DNA from: Coprothermobacterota bacterium
GTDB lineage: Bacteria > Coprothermobacterota > Coprothermobacteria > Coprothermobacterales > Coprothermobacteraceae
Direction: 5' to 3'
NCBI GenBank assembly: GCA_036679065.1
Contig: JAZIGN010000004.1
Location: 32,001 to 96,000, forward strand
Length of the DNA: 64,000 nt
The notes beneath the pieces are model-generated. The model ran no database searches and was not told the origin of the DNA. It worked only from the letters and a program-made list of their open reading frames with translations. The stretch's first letter is position 1; every line of letters starts with the position of its first letter. Positions 55,499 through 64,000 of the stretch are shown here, piece by piece. The position numbers and the translations under genes are program-made.

Positions 55499-55574
55499 GC
55501 CGGCGTAGCTCAATCGGCAGAGCAGCTGATTTGTAATCAGCAGGTTTTGGGTTCGAGTCCCAACGCCGGCTCCA
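55499..55574 (+). tRNA. tRNA-Thr(TGT)
   Basis: Cloverleaf, loop TTTGTAA, CCA. Confidence 0.93.
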
Positions 55575-55699
55575 TGTTTTTTATTCCCCCTGTGCTTGCA
55601 TAAGATGACCAGCTTTCTCTCTATGTCACTTAAAATGTGTTTGACGTGACTGGGGAGTGTCTTTGCATAAACTGGACGAGAGGTTCGATTGAGTTGAGT

Positions 55700-55905
55700 A
55701 ATGCAGTGAGTTTGATGACAAGCTGGTGAACTACAAAAAATGGCAGAAAGACTTTGCTCAATGTTTTCGATGAGATTCACAATGAGATATCGCGGCAATG
55801 AGGATCGGCAGTCCCATAAGTGTTAAAACACTGGACTTAAGTGGGGACTTTTCGACCATAAAAGAACAGCTGGATACCATTGCTAAGAAAGTTTTAGGGG
55901 AGTAG
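55700..55905 (+). pseudogene. Probable remnant of mcrB/mcrC 3' ends
   Basis: 55798-55905 translates MRIGSPISVKTLDLSGDFSTIKEQLDTIAKKVLGE*, resembling McrC C-termini as recalled. Confidence 0.5.
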
Positions 55906-56124
55906 TGGTTTTCCTTTTCTTGCATGAGGGTACTTTCTTCTGACCGTTTGTCAACTTACAGGCATGTGGAATACTTTTGCTGCATTTCCTATGCACTTGC
56001 ACATAAACGTGTCTGATGATATATTATTTAACGGAGCACCTATTTGCTTGTCATGCTTCCTGGTGATGCAAGGCAGCAAAGTGCGTCAAAGACCATATGT
56101 TATAATATGGTCTGTGCTAAGTTT

Positions 56125-56210
56125 GGGGAGGTTGCCGAGCGGCCAAAGGCAAGGGACTGTAAATCCCTCGGCGGAAGCCTTCGGTGGTTCGAATCCACCC
56201 CTCCCCACCA
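56125..56210 (+). tRNA. tRNA-Tyr(GTA)
   Basis: Long variable arm, loop CTGTAAA, CCA. Confidence 0.94.
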
Positions 56211-56215
56211 AAAGA

Positions 56216-56291
56216 GCGGGAGTAGCTCAGTTGGTAGAGCATCAGCCTTCCAAGCTGAGGGTCGCGGGTTCGAGTCCCGTCTCCCGCTCCA
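56216..56291 (+). tRNA. tRNA-Gly(TCC)
   Basis: Loop CTTCCAA, CCA. Confidence 0.94.
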
Positions 56292-56296
56292 AGTGA

Positions 56297-56372
56297 GCCC
56301 AGGTAGCTCAGTCGGCAGAGCGTTTCCTTGGTAAGGAAAAGGCCACCGGTTCAAGTCCGGTCCTGGGCTCCA
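56297..56372 (+). tRNA. tRNA-Thr(GGT)
   Basis: Loop TTGGTAA, CCA. Confidence 0.93.
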
Positions 56373-56411
56373 GTACGGGTTCTAACAAGTGTCGAGGAGG
56401 AGTGAAGAGTA

Positions 56412-57629
56412 ATGGCGAAAGAGAAGTTTGAGAGGACGAAGCCGCACGTAAATGTAGGGACCATAGGGCACATAGACCATGGGAAGACGACACTAACAGC
56501 AGCGATAACACAGACGTTAGCAGCGGAAGGGCTAGCGAAGCCGCAGGGATACTTTGACATAGACAAAGCACCGGAAGAGAAAGCAAGAGGGATAACGATA
56601 AACATCACGCACGTAGAATACGAGACACCGAAGAGGCACTATGCGCACATAGACTGTCCAGGGCACGCAGACTACATCAAGAACATGATCACAGGTGCAG
56701 CGCAGATGGACGGAGCGGTACTGGTGGTAGCAGCGACAGACGGAGTGATGCCGCAGACAAGGGAGCACGTGTTACTGGCGAGGCAAGTGAACGTACCGGC
56801 GATGGTAGTGTTTATTAACAAGACAGACATGGTAGACGATCCAGAGTTAGTGGAGCTAGTGGAGATGGAAGTAAGGGACCTACTTAACCGATACGGATTT
56901 CCTGGAGACGAAGTACCAGTGATAAAGGGATCGGCATTAGAGGCATTAGAGGTACTGAGCAAGAATCCGCAGACGAAGCGTGGAGAGAACGAATGGGTAG
57001 ACCGTATATGGGAACTAATAGATGCGATGGACAGTTACATACCGGACCCAGTAAGGGAAGTAGACAAGCCATTCCTGATGCCGATAGAGGACGTATTTAG
57101 CATAACAGGGCGAGGGACAGTAGTCACAGGAAGGGTAGAGCGAGGAAGGCTAAAAGTAGGAGAAGAAGTAGAGATAGTAGGGTTACGAGGCGGAGTAAGG
57201 AAGACAGTAGTGACAGGTATAGAGATGTTCCGGAAGACGTTAGATGAAGCGATGGCAGGAGACAATGTAGGTTTACTGCTAAGGGGCATAGGGAAAGACG
57301 AAGTAGAGCGTGGAGAAGTAGTAGCGAAGGTAGGGTCAATAAGGCCGTACACGAAGTTCAGGGCACAGGTGTATGTGTTGAAGAAAGAGGAAGGTGGAAG
57401 GCACACACCGTTCTTCAACGGATACAGGCCGCAGTTTTACATCAGGACAACAGACGTGACGGGGACAATAAAGCTGGACCCGGGAGTAGAGATGGTCATG
57501 CCAGGAGACAATGCAGAATTTGAAGTAGAGCTTATCTACCCAGTGGCATTAGAAGAGGGCATGAGATTTGCAATCAGAGAAGGCGGAAGGACAGTAGGAG
57601 CTGGTGTTATCACCAAGCTCTTGGAATAA
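56412..57629 (+). CDS. tuf: Elongation factor Tu, copy 2 (protein identical to copy 1)
   Basis: Identical 405-aa translation; tufB-like context. Confidence 0.99.
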   Translation: MAKEKFERTKPHVNVGTIGHIDHGKTTLTAAITQTLAAEGLAKPQGYFDIDKAPEEKARGITINITHVEYETPKRHYAHIDCPGHADYIKNMITGAAQMDGAVLVVAATDGVMPQTREHVLLARQVNVPAMVVFINKTDMVDDPELVELVEMEVRDLLNRYGFPGDEVPVIKGSALEALEVLSKNPQTKRGENEWVDRIWELIDAMDSYIPDPVREVDKPFLMPIEDVFSITGRGTVVTGRVERGRLKVGEEVEIVGLRGGVRKTVVTGIEMFRKTLDEAMAGDNVGLLLRGIGKDEVERGEVVAKVGSIRPYTKFRAQVYVLKKEEGGRHTPFFNGYRPQFYIRTTDVTGTIKLDPGVEMVMPGDNAEFEVELIYPVALEEGMRFAIREGGRTVGAGVITKLLE

Positions 57630-57642
57630 CGGGTGATTTCAG

Positions 57643-57792
57643 ATGAGAGTATTAGTAACGTTAGAGTGTACTGAATGTGGTCACAGGAATTACCACACGG
57701 AAAAGAATAAGACTAAGACCACTGACAGGTTACAGTTCAAGAAGTATTGCCCTAATTGTAAGAAGCACACGTTACACAAGGAGACAAGATAG
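57643..57792 (+). CDS. rpmG: 50S protein L33 (not in ORF track)
   Basis: Manual translation [49 protein letters not shown]. Confidence 0.97.
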   Translation: MRVLVTLECTECGHRNYHTEKNKTKTTDRLQFKKYCPNCKKHTLHKETR

Positions 57793-57798
57793 GGTTAA

Positions 57799-57874
57799 AG
57801 GGGCGTAGCTCAATTGGCAGAGCAGCGGACTCCAAATCCGCAGGCTGGGGGTTCAACTCCCTCCGCCCCTGCCA
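57799..57874 (+). tRNA. tRNA-Trp(CCA)
   Basis: Loop CTCCAAA, CCA end, between rpmG and secE. Confidence 0.93.
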
Positions 57875-57900
57875 ATATTCTTAGTGAATGGTGATGCCAA

Positions 57901-58104
57901 ATGGCTGAGAAACAGACATTAGGAAACAGGATAAAGAATTTTTTCAGAAGCGCTAAAGTGGAACTTGGCAGAGTTAGTTGGCCGTCAAGGGACCAAACTG
58001 TGAATGCAGTTTTGGCCATACTTGTATTTTCAGGCGTATGGGCTGTTTTGGTAACGCTGCTGGACTTGGGTTTTGCAAGGCTGTTGCCCTTGCTAATGAA
58101 ATGA
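57901..58104 (+). CDS. secE: SecE
   Basis: ELGRVSWPS + one TM helix. Confidence 0.93.
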   Translation: MAEKQTLGNRIKNFFRSAKVELGRVSWPSRDQTVNAVLAILVFSGVWAVLVTLLDLGFARLLPLLMK

Positions 58105-58123
58105 TTTGAGGAAGAAGTCTAAT

Positions 58124-58672
58124 ATGAAGAAGTGGTACATAGTGACAACAGTTCATGGCAAAGAATCTGCAGTGGCTGAGGCAATCAAGCTACGTGCTGA
58201 AAATGCAGGTAACACAGCTATTACTGACGTTTTAGTTCCTAAAGAATGGCGTCTTGAATACAGGGGTAAAAAACCCAGACCCGAAAGGGTACAAAGGGTC
58301 ATTTACCCTGGTTATGTTTTTGTGGAAGTCGAAGTTGACCCTGAGAAGGGGGTCATTGATCCAGAGACTTGGTCTTTAATAAGATATACGCCGGGAGTAA
58401 GAGGATTCATTTCAACGCCAGACCATACACCCATACCTGTTCAGGATAACGAAATGCAGAAGGTGCTGCAAAAGAGCAGAGAACAAGAGGCCGTGAAAGT
58501 TGACCTGCAAACAGGTGACGAAGTGGAAGTTCGTGATGGTGCGCTGAAGGGGCTTACTGGCGTGGTTGTTGATGTGGATCATGAAAAGCAAAAGGTATTT
58601 GTTAAGATAAGCATGTTTGGTCGAGAAGTCATTTCGGATTTGGATGCTGTACAGGTAAGAAAGAAAAGCTAG
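58124..58672 (+). CDS. nusG: NusG
   Basis: WYIV, YPGYVFV, TPGVRGF, KOW, MFGRE. Confidence 0.96.
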   Translation: MKKWYIVTTVHGKESAVAEAIKLRAENAGNTAITDVLVPKEWRLEYRGKKPRPERVQRVIYPGYVFVEVEVDPEKGVIDPETWSLIRYTPGVRGFISTPDHTPIPVQDNEMQKVLQKSREQEAVKVDLQTGDEVEVRDGALKGLTGVVVDVDHEKQKVFVKISMFGREVISDLDAVQVRKKS

Positions 58673-58699
58673 AAAGACAGAATTAAGAGGTGATAAGCA

Positions 58700-59125
58700 T
58701 TGGCTAAGAAGATTGCAGCCCAGTTCAGATTGTTGCTACCTGCAGGCAAGGCTACTCCTGCGCCACCCGTGGGACCAGCATTGGGACAGCGTGGCGTAAA
58801 CATAATGGAATTCATTAAGAGATTTAATGCTGCCACGGCAAACATGGGAGACGTTCTAGTCCCCGTGGATGTGACGGTTTACGCTGACAAGAGCTTTACT
58901 TTTGAGGTAAGAACACCACCTGCTTCATTTTTGTTGAAGAAAGCTGCGAAGGTGGAAAAGGGTTCTGGTGAACCCAACAAGGTTCACGTGGGAAAAGTTA
59001 CCCGTGCTCAGCTGGAAGAAATTGCCAAGCAAAAGATGAAGGACTTGAACACAGAAGATTTGGAGGCAGCGGTTCGCATTATCGAAGGAACAGCACGAAG
59101 CATGGGTATTCAAGTTGTGGATTAG
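58700..59125 (+). CDS. rplK: 50S protein L11
   Basis: [21 protein letters not shown]. Confidence 0.98.
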   Translation: MAKKIAAQFRLLLPAGKATPAPPVGPALGQRGVNIMEFIKRFNAATANMGDVLVPVDVTVYADKSFTFEVRTPPASFLLKKAAKVEKGSGEPNKVHVGKVTRAQLEEIAKQKMKDLNTEDLEAAVRIIEGTARSMGIQVVD

Positions 59126-59147
59126 CACTCTTGAGTGCGAACAAATT

Positions 59148-59180
59148 GTGGGAGAGCTGTGAAGCTGGCTCGATGACCAC
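59148..59180 (+). promoter_or_regulatory. Putative L1-binding autoregulatory RNA element
   Basis: GTGGGAG...GATGACCAC stem just before rplA RBS. Confidence 0.55.
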
Positions 59181-59194
59181 TGGAGGTGAGTTTT

Positions 59195-59902
59195 GTGAGT
59201 AAAAGATATGCTCAGCTACTTGAACAATTTGACTTAACGAAGGTGTACACACCTTCAGAAGCGGTAGAGCTTGCTAAGAAAATGGCTACTGCGAAGTTTG
59301 ATGAGACGGTGGAGGCACACTACCGCCTGGGTATTAACCCGAAGTATCCTGATCAAAACGTTAGGTTTACAGTGATTTTGCCCCACGGTACGGGTAAACC
59401 TGTCAGGGTGTTGGTGCTGGCCAAAGGTGAGAAAGCTACTGAAGCTACTAATGCTGGCGCTGACTATGTTGGTGCTGATGATTTGGTAGAGAGAATTCAG
59501 CAAGGCTGGTTGGATTTTGATGTGGTCATTGCCACTCCTGACATGATGGGAGCTGTAGGCCGCCTAGGTAAGATTCTAGGCCCCAGAGGCTTGATGCCGA
59601 ACCCCAAAGCTGGCACTGTGACCATGGACATTGAAAAAACAGTAAAAGAGTTCAAGGCAGGTAAAGTCGAAGTTCGTAATGATAAGACAGGCAATCTTCA
59701 TGTGCCCATTGGCAAAGTCAGCTTTGACGATGAGAAGTTGCTTGAAAACTTCTATGCGGTTACCGCTGCGATCATGCATGCTAAGCCCGCTACTGCCAAG
59801 GGTACTTATGTAAAGAGCATTTCCCTGTGCAGTACCATGGGTCCTGCAGTCAAGGTTGATACTCGTTTAGCGATTGAGGAATCGCTTAAAAAGCAGTTTT
59901 AA
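59195..59902 (+). CDS. rplA: 50S protein L1
   Basis: [27 protein letters not shown]. Confidence 0.98.
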   Translation: MSKRYAQLLEQFDLTKVYTPSEAVELAKKMATAKFDETVEAHYRLGINPKYPDQNVRFTVILPHGTGKPVRVLVLAKGEKATEATNAGADYVGADDLVERIQQGWLDFDVVIATPDMMGAVGRLGKILGPRGLMPNPKAGTVTMDIEKTVKEFKAGKVEVRNDKTGNLHVPIGKVSFDDEKLLENFYAVTAAIMHAKPATAKGTYVKSISLCSTMGPAVKVDTRLAIEESLKKQF

Positions 59903-59952
59903 ATGACAGGCACTGGGATGTGTTAAAATTCCAGTGTATCTGAAAAGAAAAT

Positions 59953-60057
59953 TAGACCGAAGAAGTCGGTACTAATGCCTGAGAAGGGCAACCGGCGGAG
60001 GTTATCAGGGTGGATATTTGGTTTTAGGGCCACCGACCTACCGTCGGTGGCCTTTTT
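59953..60057 (+). promoter_or_regulatory. L10 leader-like element with attenuator hairpin
   Basis: CCGAAGA..GTCGG...CCGGCGGAGG upstream of rplJ, then GGCCACCGAC-ctacc-GTCGGTGGCC-TTTTT. Confidence 0.65.
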
Positions 60058-60074
60058 AGTAAGGAGGTGATACG

Positions 60075-60614
60075 TTGGCATATGTGACCAGGGTTCGACC
60101 CGAAAAACAAGCTTTAGTTAAGCAGTTGCAGGAGTGGGTTCAAGAGAGTAAAGGAATGGTCTTTTTCTCATTCGAGGGTTTGACCAGTAAAGACATGCAG
60201 GCCATGAGAGCCGAAATGAAAAAGAACGGACTCGTGGTAAAAGTGGTGAAGAATACTTTACTAGAACTCGCCTTGAAGGACGTTGGTTTGGACGTTGATG
60301 AATCTTTGTTCAGAGGAACTACTGCTCTGCTGTTTTCAAACGAAGACGAGTTAGGACCTTTCAAGCTGTTCGTTGAGCAAGCAAAGAAGTATGGAGCTAT
60401 GCAAGCCAAAGGTGGCATTCTGGAGGGACGTTGGATCCCTGCGAAGGAAGTGGATACCATCGCAAAGCTACCCGGCAGGCAGGAGCTCTATGCACAGTTG
60501 GTGGGTGCAGTGTCTTCACCAATAAGGGGATTGGTAACAGTGTTGTCTGGTCCCTACAGGAACTTGGTTTATGCCTTGGAAGCAATAAAAGAGAAAAAGG
60601 AAAAAGCTGCGTAA
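60075..60614 (+). CDS. rplJ: 50S protein L10
   Basis: VVKNTL, KGGILEG, AKLP. Confidence 0.96.
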   Translation: MAYVTRVRPEKQALVKQLQEWVQESKGMVFFSFEGLTSKDMQAMRAEMKKNGLVVKVVKNTLLELALKDVGLDVDESLFRGTTALLFSNEDELGPFKLFVEQAKKYGAMQAKGGILEGRWIPAKEVDTIAKLPGRQELYAQLVGAVSSPIRGLVTVLSGPYRNLVYALEAIKEKKEKAA

Positions 60615-60630
60615 AGGAGGTCATTTGCAC

Positions 60631-61008
60631 ATGACAATTGAGGAAATCATTAGTGAAATCGAGAACATGACAGTCTCTCAGCTGGCAGAGTTGGTTAAGG
60701 CCCTTGAGGACAAGTTTGGTGTGTCTGCGTCCATGCCAATTGCAGTGGCGGCACCGGTGGCAGGACCAGCGGCTGCTGCTCCAGTAGAAGAAGAAAAAAC
60801 TTCCTTTGACGTTGTTCTGAAGGAAGCTGGTGCCAAGAAGCTTGAGGTTATAAAGGTTGTACGTGAGATTACAGGACTTGGCCTAAAGGAAGCAAAAGAC
60901 TTGGTAGAAAGTGCACCAAAGCCAATTAAAGAAGGAGTTACTAAGGAAGAGGCAGAAGAATTAAAGAAGAAACTCGAGGAAGTTGGAGCTGTTATTGAAC
61001 TGCAGTAA
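60631..61008 (+). CDS. rplL: 50S protein L7/L12
   Basis: [22 protein letters not shown]. Confidence 0.98.
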   Translation: MTIEEIISEIENMTVSQLAELVKALEDKFGVSASMPIAVAAPVAGPAAAAPVEEEKTSFDVVLKEAGAKKLEVIKVVREITGLGLKEAKDLVESAPKPIKEGVTKEEAEELKKKLEEVGAVIELQ

Positions 61009-61014
61009 TAAATT

Positions 61015-61080
61015 TTGAAAAGCTTCTGTTAAGAGTATATAATGTAGAAAGGAGAGGTGGGGCCTTGAGTCCCACTTCTT
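61015..61080 (+). promoter_or_regulatory. Promoter plus rimP-leader-like hairpin
   Basis: TTGAAA-17-TATAAT then GAGGTGGGGC-cttga-GTCCCACTTC. Confidence 0.6.
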
Positions 61081-61112
61081 CTTTATAAGGACTACGTAAG
61101 GAGTGATCTTTA

Positions 61113-61625
61113 GTGCTGTCGCCAAAGGAAAAAGCCGATCTTGAGGACCAGATTTCCAAGATTGTCGTATCAAAAGGGTTTTATTTTATCGATTTGGAAG
61201 AACGAGTGGAAAAAGGCGCTCACATAATCTCTGTGGTCGTTCACAGGGAACCATCAGTGACCATTGGCGACTGCGAAAAGCTTACTAGAGCCATTTTGCC
61301 TTTACTTGAGAGCCTCCCGTGGTACGGCGACAATGAACATTTAGAAGTTACCAGTCCGGGCTTGGATAGGGCTCTCAAAAGGGAATGGGAATACGAGATT
61401 TTTAAAGGAAGGATCATTGACATTTCTTTCGAGAGAGATGGAAAGACACAAACAGTACGCGCAAAGCTAATGGGCAGGGAAGATGACAAAGTCGTAATTG
61501 AATACGAGGGGAATTACTTCCGCATTCCTTTCGACCAAGTTAAAAAGGCGAAATTGGTTTTTGATGAAGGAGGGAAAGAGAATGGAAAAAAACAAAAGCG
61601 AGGCCATAGAAAAGGCGCTCAATGA
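61113..61625 (+). CDS. rimP: Ribosome maturation factor RimP
   Basis: TIGDC, LEVTSPGLDRAL. Confidence 0.92.
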   Translation: MLSPKEKADLEDQISKIVVSKGFYFIDLEERVEKGAHIISVVVHREPSVTIGDCEKLTRAILPLLESLPWYGDNEHLEVTSPGLDRALKREWEYEIFKGRIIDISFERDGKTQTVRAKLMGREDDKVVIEYEGNYFRIPFDQVKKAKLVFDEGGKENGKKQKRGHRKGAQ

Positions 61626-62613
61626 ATATATTCGACAAATAGCCAGCGATTTGGATCTTACACCTCAGGAAATCATGGAAGCGTTAAAAGACGCTTTAAT
61701 TTCAGCTATAAGGAAAGAACTGGATATTCCTAAGGAGGCTGTGGCATCCGCAGTAAAAGTTGAAGAAAATGGGAGTAGTCTGAAGTTCCTGGTTAACAGA
61801 GATTACTTGAAGGCAGTACCAGATGAGGAGTCGGGTTCTGAATGGGTGGAGTTTCCTCTTTTCAATTTGAGCCGCGTGTCCATACAAACTGCTGAGAACA
61901 CATTAAAGAATAGAATGAACGAAAAGAGTAAGGAGAAAGCTATCAAGCGAATAGCACAGTTCTCTGGAGAAGTTGTTACTGCAAGAGTCATAAGAAAGGA
62001 TCCTAAGACAAGACTCGTTTACCTGGACGTAGACGGCGTTGAGTGTGTACTGGAGCCCAGTGAGCAGCTTCCTACTGATAGGTATGCTCCAGGTCATTCA
62101 CTTAGGTGTTTAGTCCTGGGTGCCAAGAACATACCTATGTACGGTCAAGGAGTAGCTTTGTCTCGTTCTTCTCCGGACTTGTTAAAGCTCTTGTTCACTT
62201 TGGAAGTGCCAGAAGTGGCTGATGGAGTGGTAAGAATAATGGGCATCGCCAGAAAACCTGGTCGAAGGTCCAAAGTGGCGGTAATGAGCATTGATCCAAG
62301 ACTGGACCCGCAAGGAGCGTGCATTGGGTACAAAGGACAACGTATTCAAGCTATTTCAAAAAGTCTGGCCAATGAGAAAATTGACGTGGTAAGGTGGGAC
62401 AGTGATCCTGCAAAGTTAATTGCAAGTATTCTTTCGCCAGGGAAAGTGGATAAAGTAGAGATTCTGGATACAAAGAACAAAAGAGCACTGGTTTACACCA
62501 CTCCCGATAACATAAAAGTAGTGGTGGGAGAAGACGGCGAGAATGTGGAATTGGCTGAACAACTAACTGGATGGACAATAGATGTAAGGGAGGGTGGTCC
62601 TGATGAAGATTAG
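61582..62613 (+). CDS. nusA: NusA
   Basis: EVPEV, ARKPGRRSKVAV, EKIDVV, LTGWTID. Confidence 0.95.
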   Translation: MEKNKSEAIEKALNEYIRQIASDLDLTPQEIMEALKDALISAIRKELDIPKEAVASAVKVEENGSSLKFLVNRDYLKAVPDEESGSEWVEFPLFNLSRVSIQTAENTLKNRMNEKSKEKAIKRIAQFSGEVVTARVIRKDPKTRLVYLDVDGVECVLEPSEQLPTDRYAPGHSLRCLVLGAKNIPMYGQGVALSRSSPDLLKLLFTLEVPEVADGVVRIMGIARKPGRRSKVAVMSIDPRLDPQGACIGYKGQRIQAISKSLANEKIDVVRWDSDPAKLIASILSPGKVDKVEILDTKNKRALVYTTPDNIKVVVGEDGENVELAEQLTGWTIDVREGGPDED

Positions 62614-64000
62614 AGTTTACCAGCTGGCGAAAGAACTGGGTGTCCCTTCAAAACAGCTAGTTGAGGAACTTAAAAAACTTGGAGTTGATATTGTTTCATA
62701 TCAGTCAACTGTGGACGAGGAAACAGCAGATTTACTTAGGGAATTGCTCAAGTCTGAAACAGCTGAGGCAGCGGCTGGTGATGGAAAGATGGAGGTAGAA
62801 TCTGCTGGTGAAGAGGCGACTGTTGAGCAGGTTAGTAAGAGTGAGAAAAACCTTGCACCAAAGAGGCCTCCCGTAGTTACCGTGATGGGGCACGTGGACC
62901 ATGGCAAGACAACTTTGCTCGATGCGATCCGTCGTACCCGTGTAGCTGAAAGAGAAGTGGGTGGGATCACACAATCCATAGGTGCTTCAGTTGTCAAGTA
63001 CAAGGGACAGAAGATTGTCTTCGTAGATACTCCGGGCCACGAGGCTTTCACCGAGATGCGTGCTCGGGGAGCCATGGTAACGGACATAGTGGTTCTCGTG
63101 GTAGCAGCTGATGAAGGCGTAATGCCTCAAACCATAGAGGCTTTAAACCACGCGAAGGCTGCAGGAGTAGCAATTATTGTTGCTTTGAACAAAATGGATC
63201 GTCCCGGTGCTAATCCGGACAGGGTCATGAACCAATTAGCAGCCATGGGTCTAATACCTGAGAGCTGGGGCGGGGACACGATCTACGTACCCGTTTCAGC
63301 CATAAAGGGCGAAGGAATTGAAGAGCTTCTTGAAGCGATAATTCTCATTGCAGATTTGTTGGATCTCAGAGGAGACCCTGATGCTCCTTTGAAAGCATAC
63401 GTTATAGAATCACGTCTGGACAAGGGTAAAGGCCCTCTGGCAACGGTGGTTGTGAGAGAGGGGACGCTCAGGGTTGGCGATTTTGTTGTTGTTGGCAACA
63501 CTTATGGAAAAATCAGAGCCATGTTTGACGATAAGGGGGAGCCAATCTCTTCTGCAGGACCTTCCATGCCTGCGGAAATAATGGGACTACAGGACATCCC
63601 CGAGGCAGGTACGTTGGTACAAAGGGTGGGCTCCTTGGAGGAAGCCGAAAAAATTGCAAAAGCAAACTTGGATTTGCAACGTGAGAAACAGCAGAAAACC
63701 AGAAGGGAGTTTTCCTTAGAGGAGATCCTAAGTTCCAACGAGGAGGAAAGGCCTGTCTTGAACCTGATATTAAAAGCTGATACGGCAGGTTCCTTGGAAG
63801 CTGTGCAGAACGCCTTGCTGAAATTGGAAAAAGGCGAAGTTGATATGAACATCATACATGCTGGAGTTGGCGCCATTTCTGACGGTGACGTGCTCTTAGC
63901 TGAAGCTTCAAAAGCTCTCATTGTTGGGTTCAACGTGCGTCCTGTAGGGAAAACGAACAAACTCATTGAAGAAAAAGGTGTGAAGGTGTTAACCTATCGG
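62603..64000 (+). CDS. infB: Initiation factor IF-2 (partial, runs off window; not in ORF track)
   Basis: Manual translation [13 protein letters not shown]...[20 protein letters not shown]...DTPGHEAF. Confidence 0.97.
   Translation, partial: MKIRVYQLAKELGVPSKQLVEELKKLGVDIVSYQSTVDEETADLLRELLKSETAEAAAGDGKMEVESAGEEATVEQVSKSEKNLAPKRPPVVTVMGHVDHGKTTLLDAIRRTRVAEREVGGITQSIGASVVKYKGQKIVFVDTPGHEAFTEMRARGAMVTDIVVLVVAADEGVMPQTIEALNHAKAAGVAIIVALNKMDRPGANPDRVMNQLAAMGLIPESWGGDTIYVPVSAIKGEGIEELLEAIILIADLLDLRGDPDAPLKAYVIESRLDKGKGPLATVVVREGTLRVGDFVVVGNTYGKIRAMFDDKGEPISSAGPSMPAEIMGLQDIPEAGTLVQRVGSLEEAEKIAKANLDLQREKQQKTRREFSLEEILSSNEEERPVLNLILKADTAGSLEAVQNALLKLEKGEVDMNIIHAGVGAISDGDVLLAEASKALIVGFNVRPVGKTNKLIEEKGVKVLTYR

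Noticed and set aside
1..64000. CRISPR arrays, IS elements, prophage, rRNA
   Set aside because: No repeat-spacer pattern, transposase, integrase or rRNA sequence seen

Overview
Core-genome window of a bacterium dominated by information-processing genes. It holds a 4-tRNA cluster, rpoB-rpoC, the str operon (rpsL-rpsG-fusA-tuf), S10-spc-alpha ribosomal protein genes, ecfA-A'-T, truA, a degenerate priA, metK with a SAM-I riboswitch, hpf-secA-prfB-ftsEX-M23-S41, a second tRNA cluster with a second tuf, rpmG-secE-nusG-rplKAJL, and rimP-nusA-infB (truncated by the window end). My unverified impression is a deep-branching anaerobe such as Coprothermobacter. I saw no intact mobile element, CRISPR array or rRNA. 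The most unusual signal is a heavily remodelled RNA polymerase. The 2027-aa beta' has three large inserts, an in-frame ~14-aa deletion just after the catalytic NADFDGD motif, a Cys-to-His change at a Zn site and a divergent lid. Beta has inserts and many rifampicin-pocket substitutions, and alpha-CTD lacks the UP-element determinants. Other oddities are two near-identical tuf genes with strongly purine-ending codons, no rpmD in the spc operon, a PriA with no recognisable helicase motifs, a prfB with no frameshift, and a probable decayed mcrBC remnant behind tRNA-Thr. All family assignments come from motif recognition by eye, not database searches.
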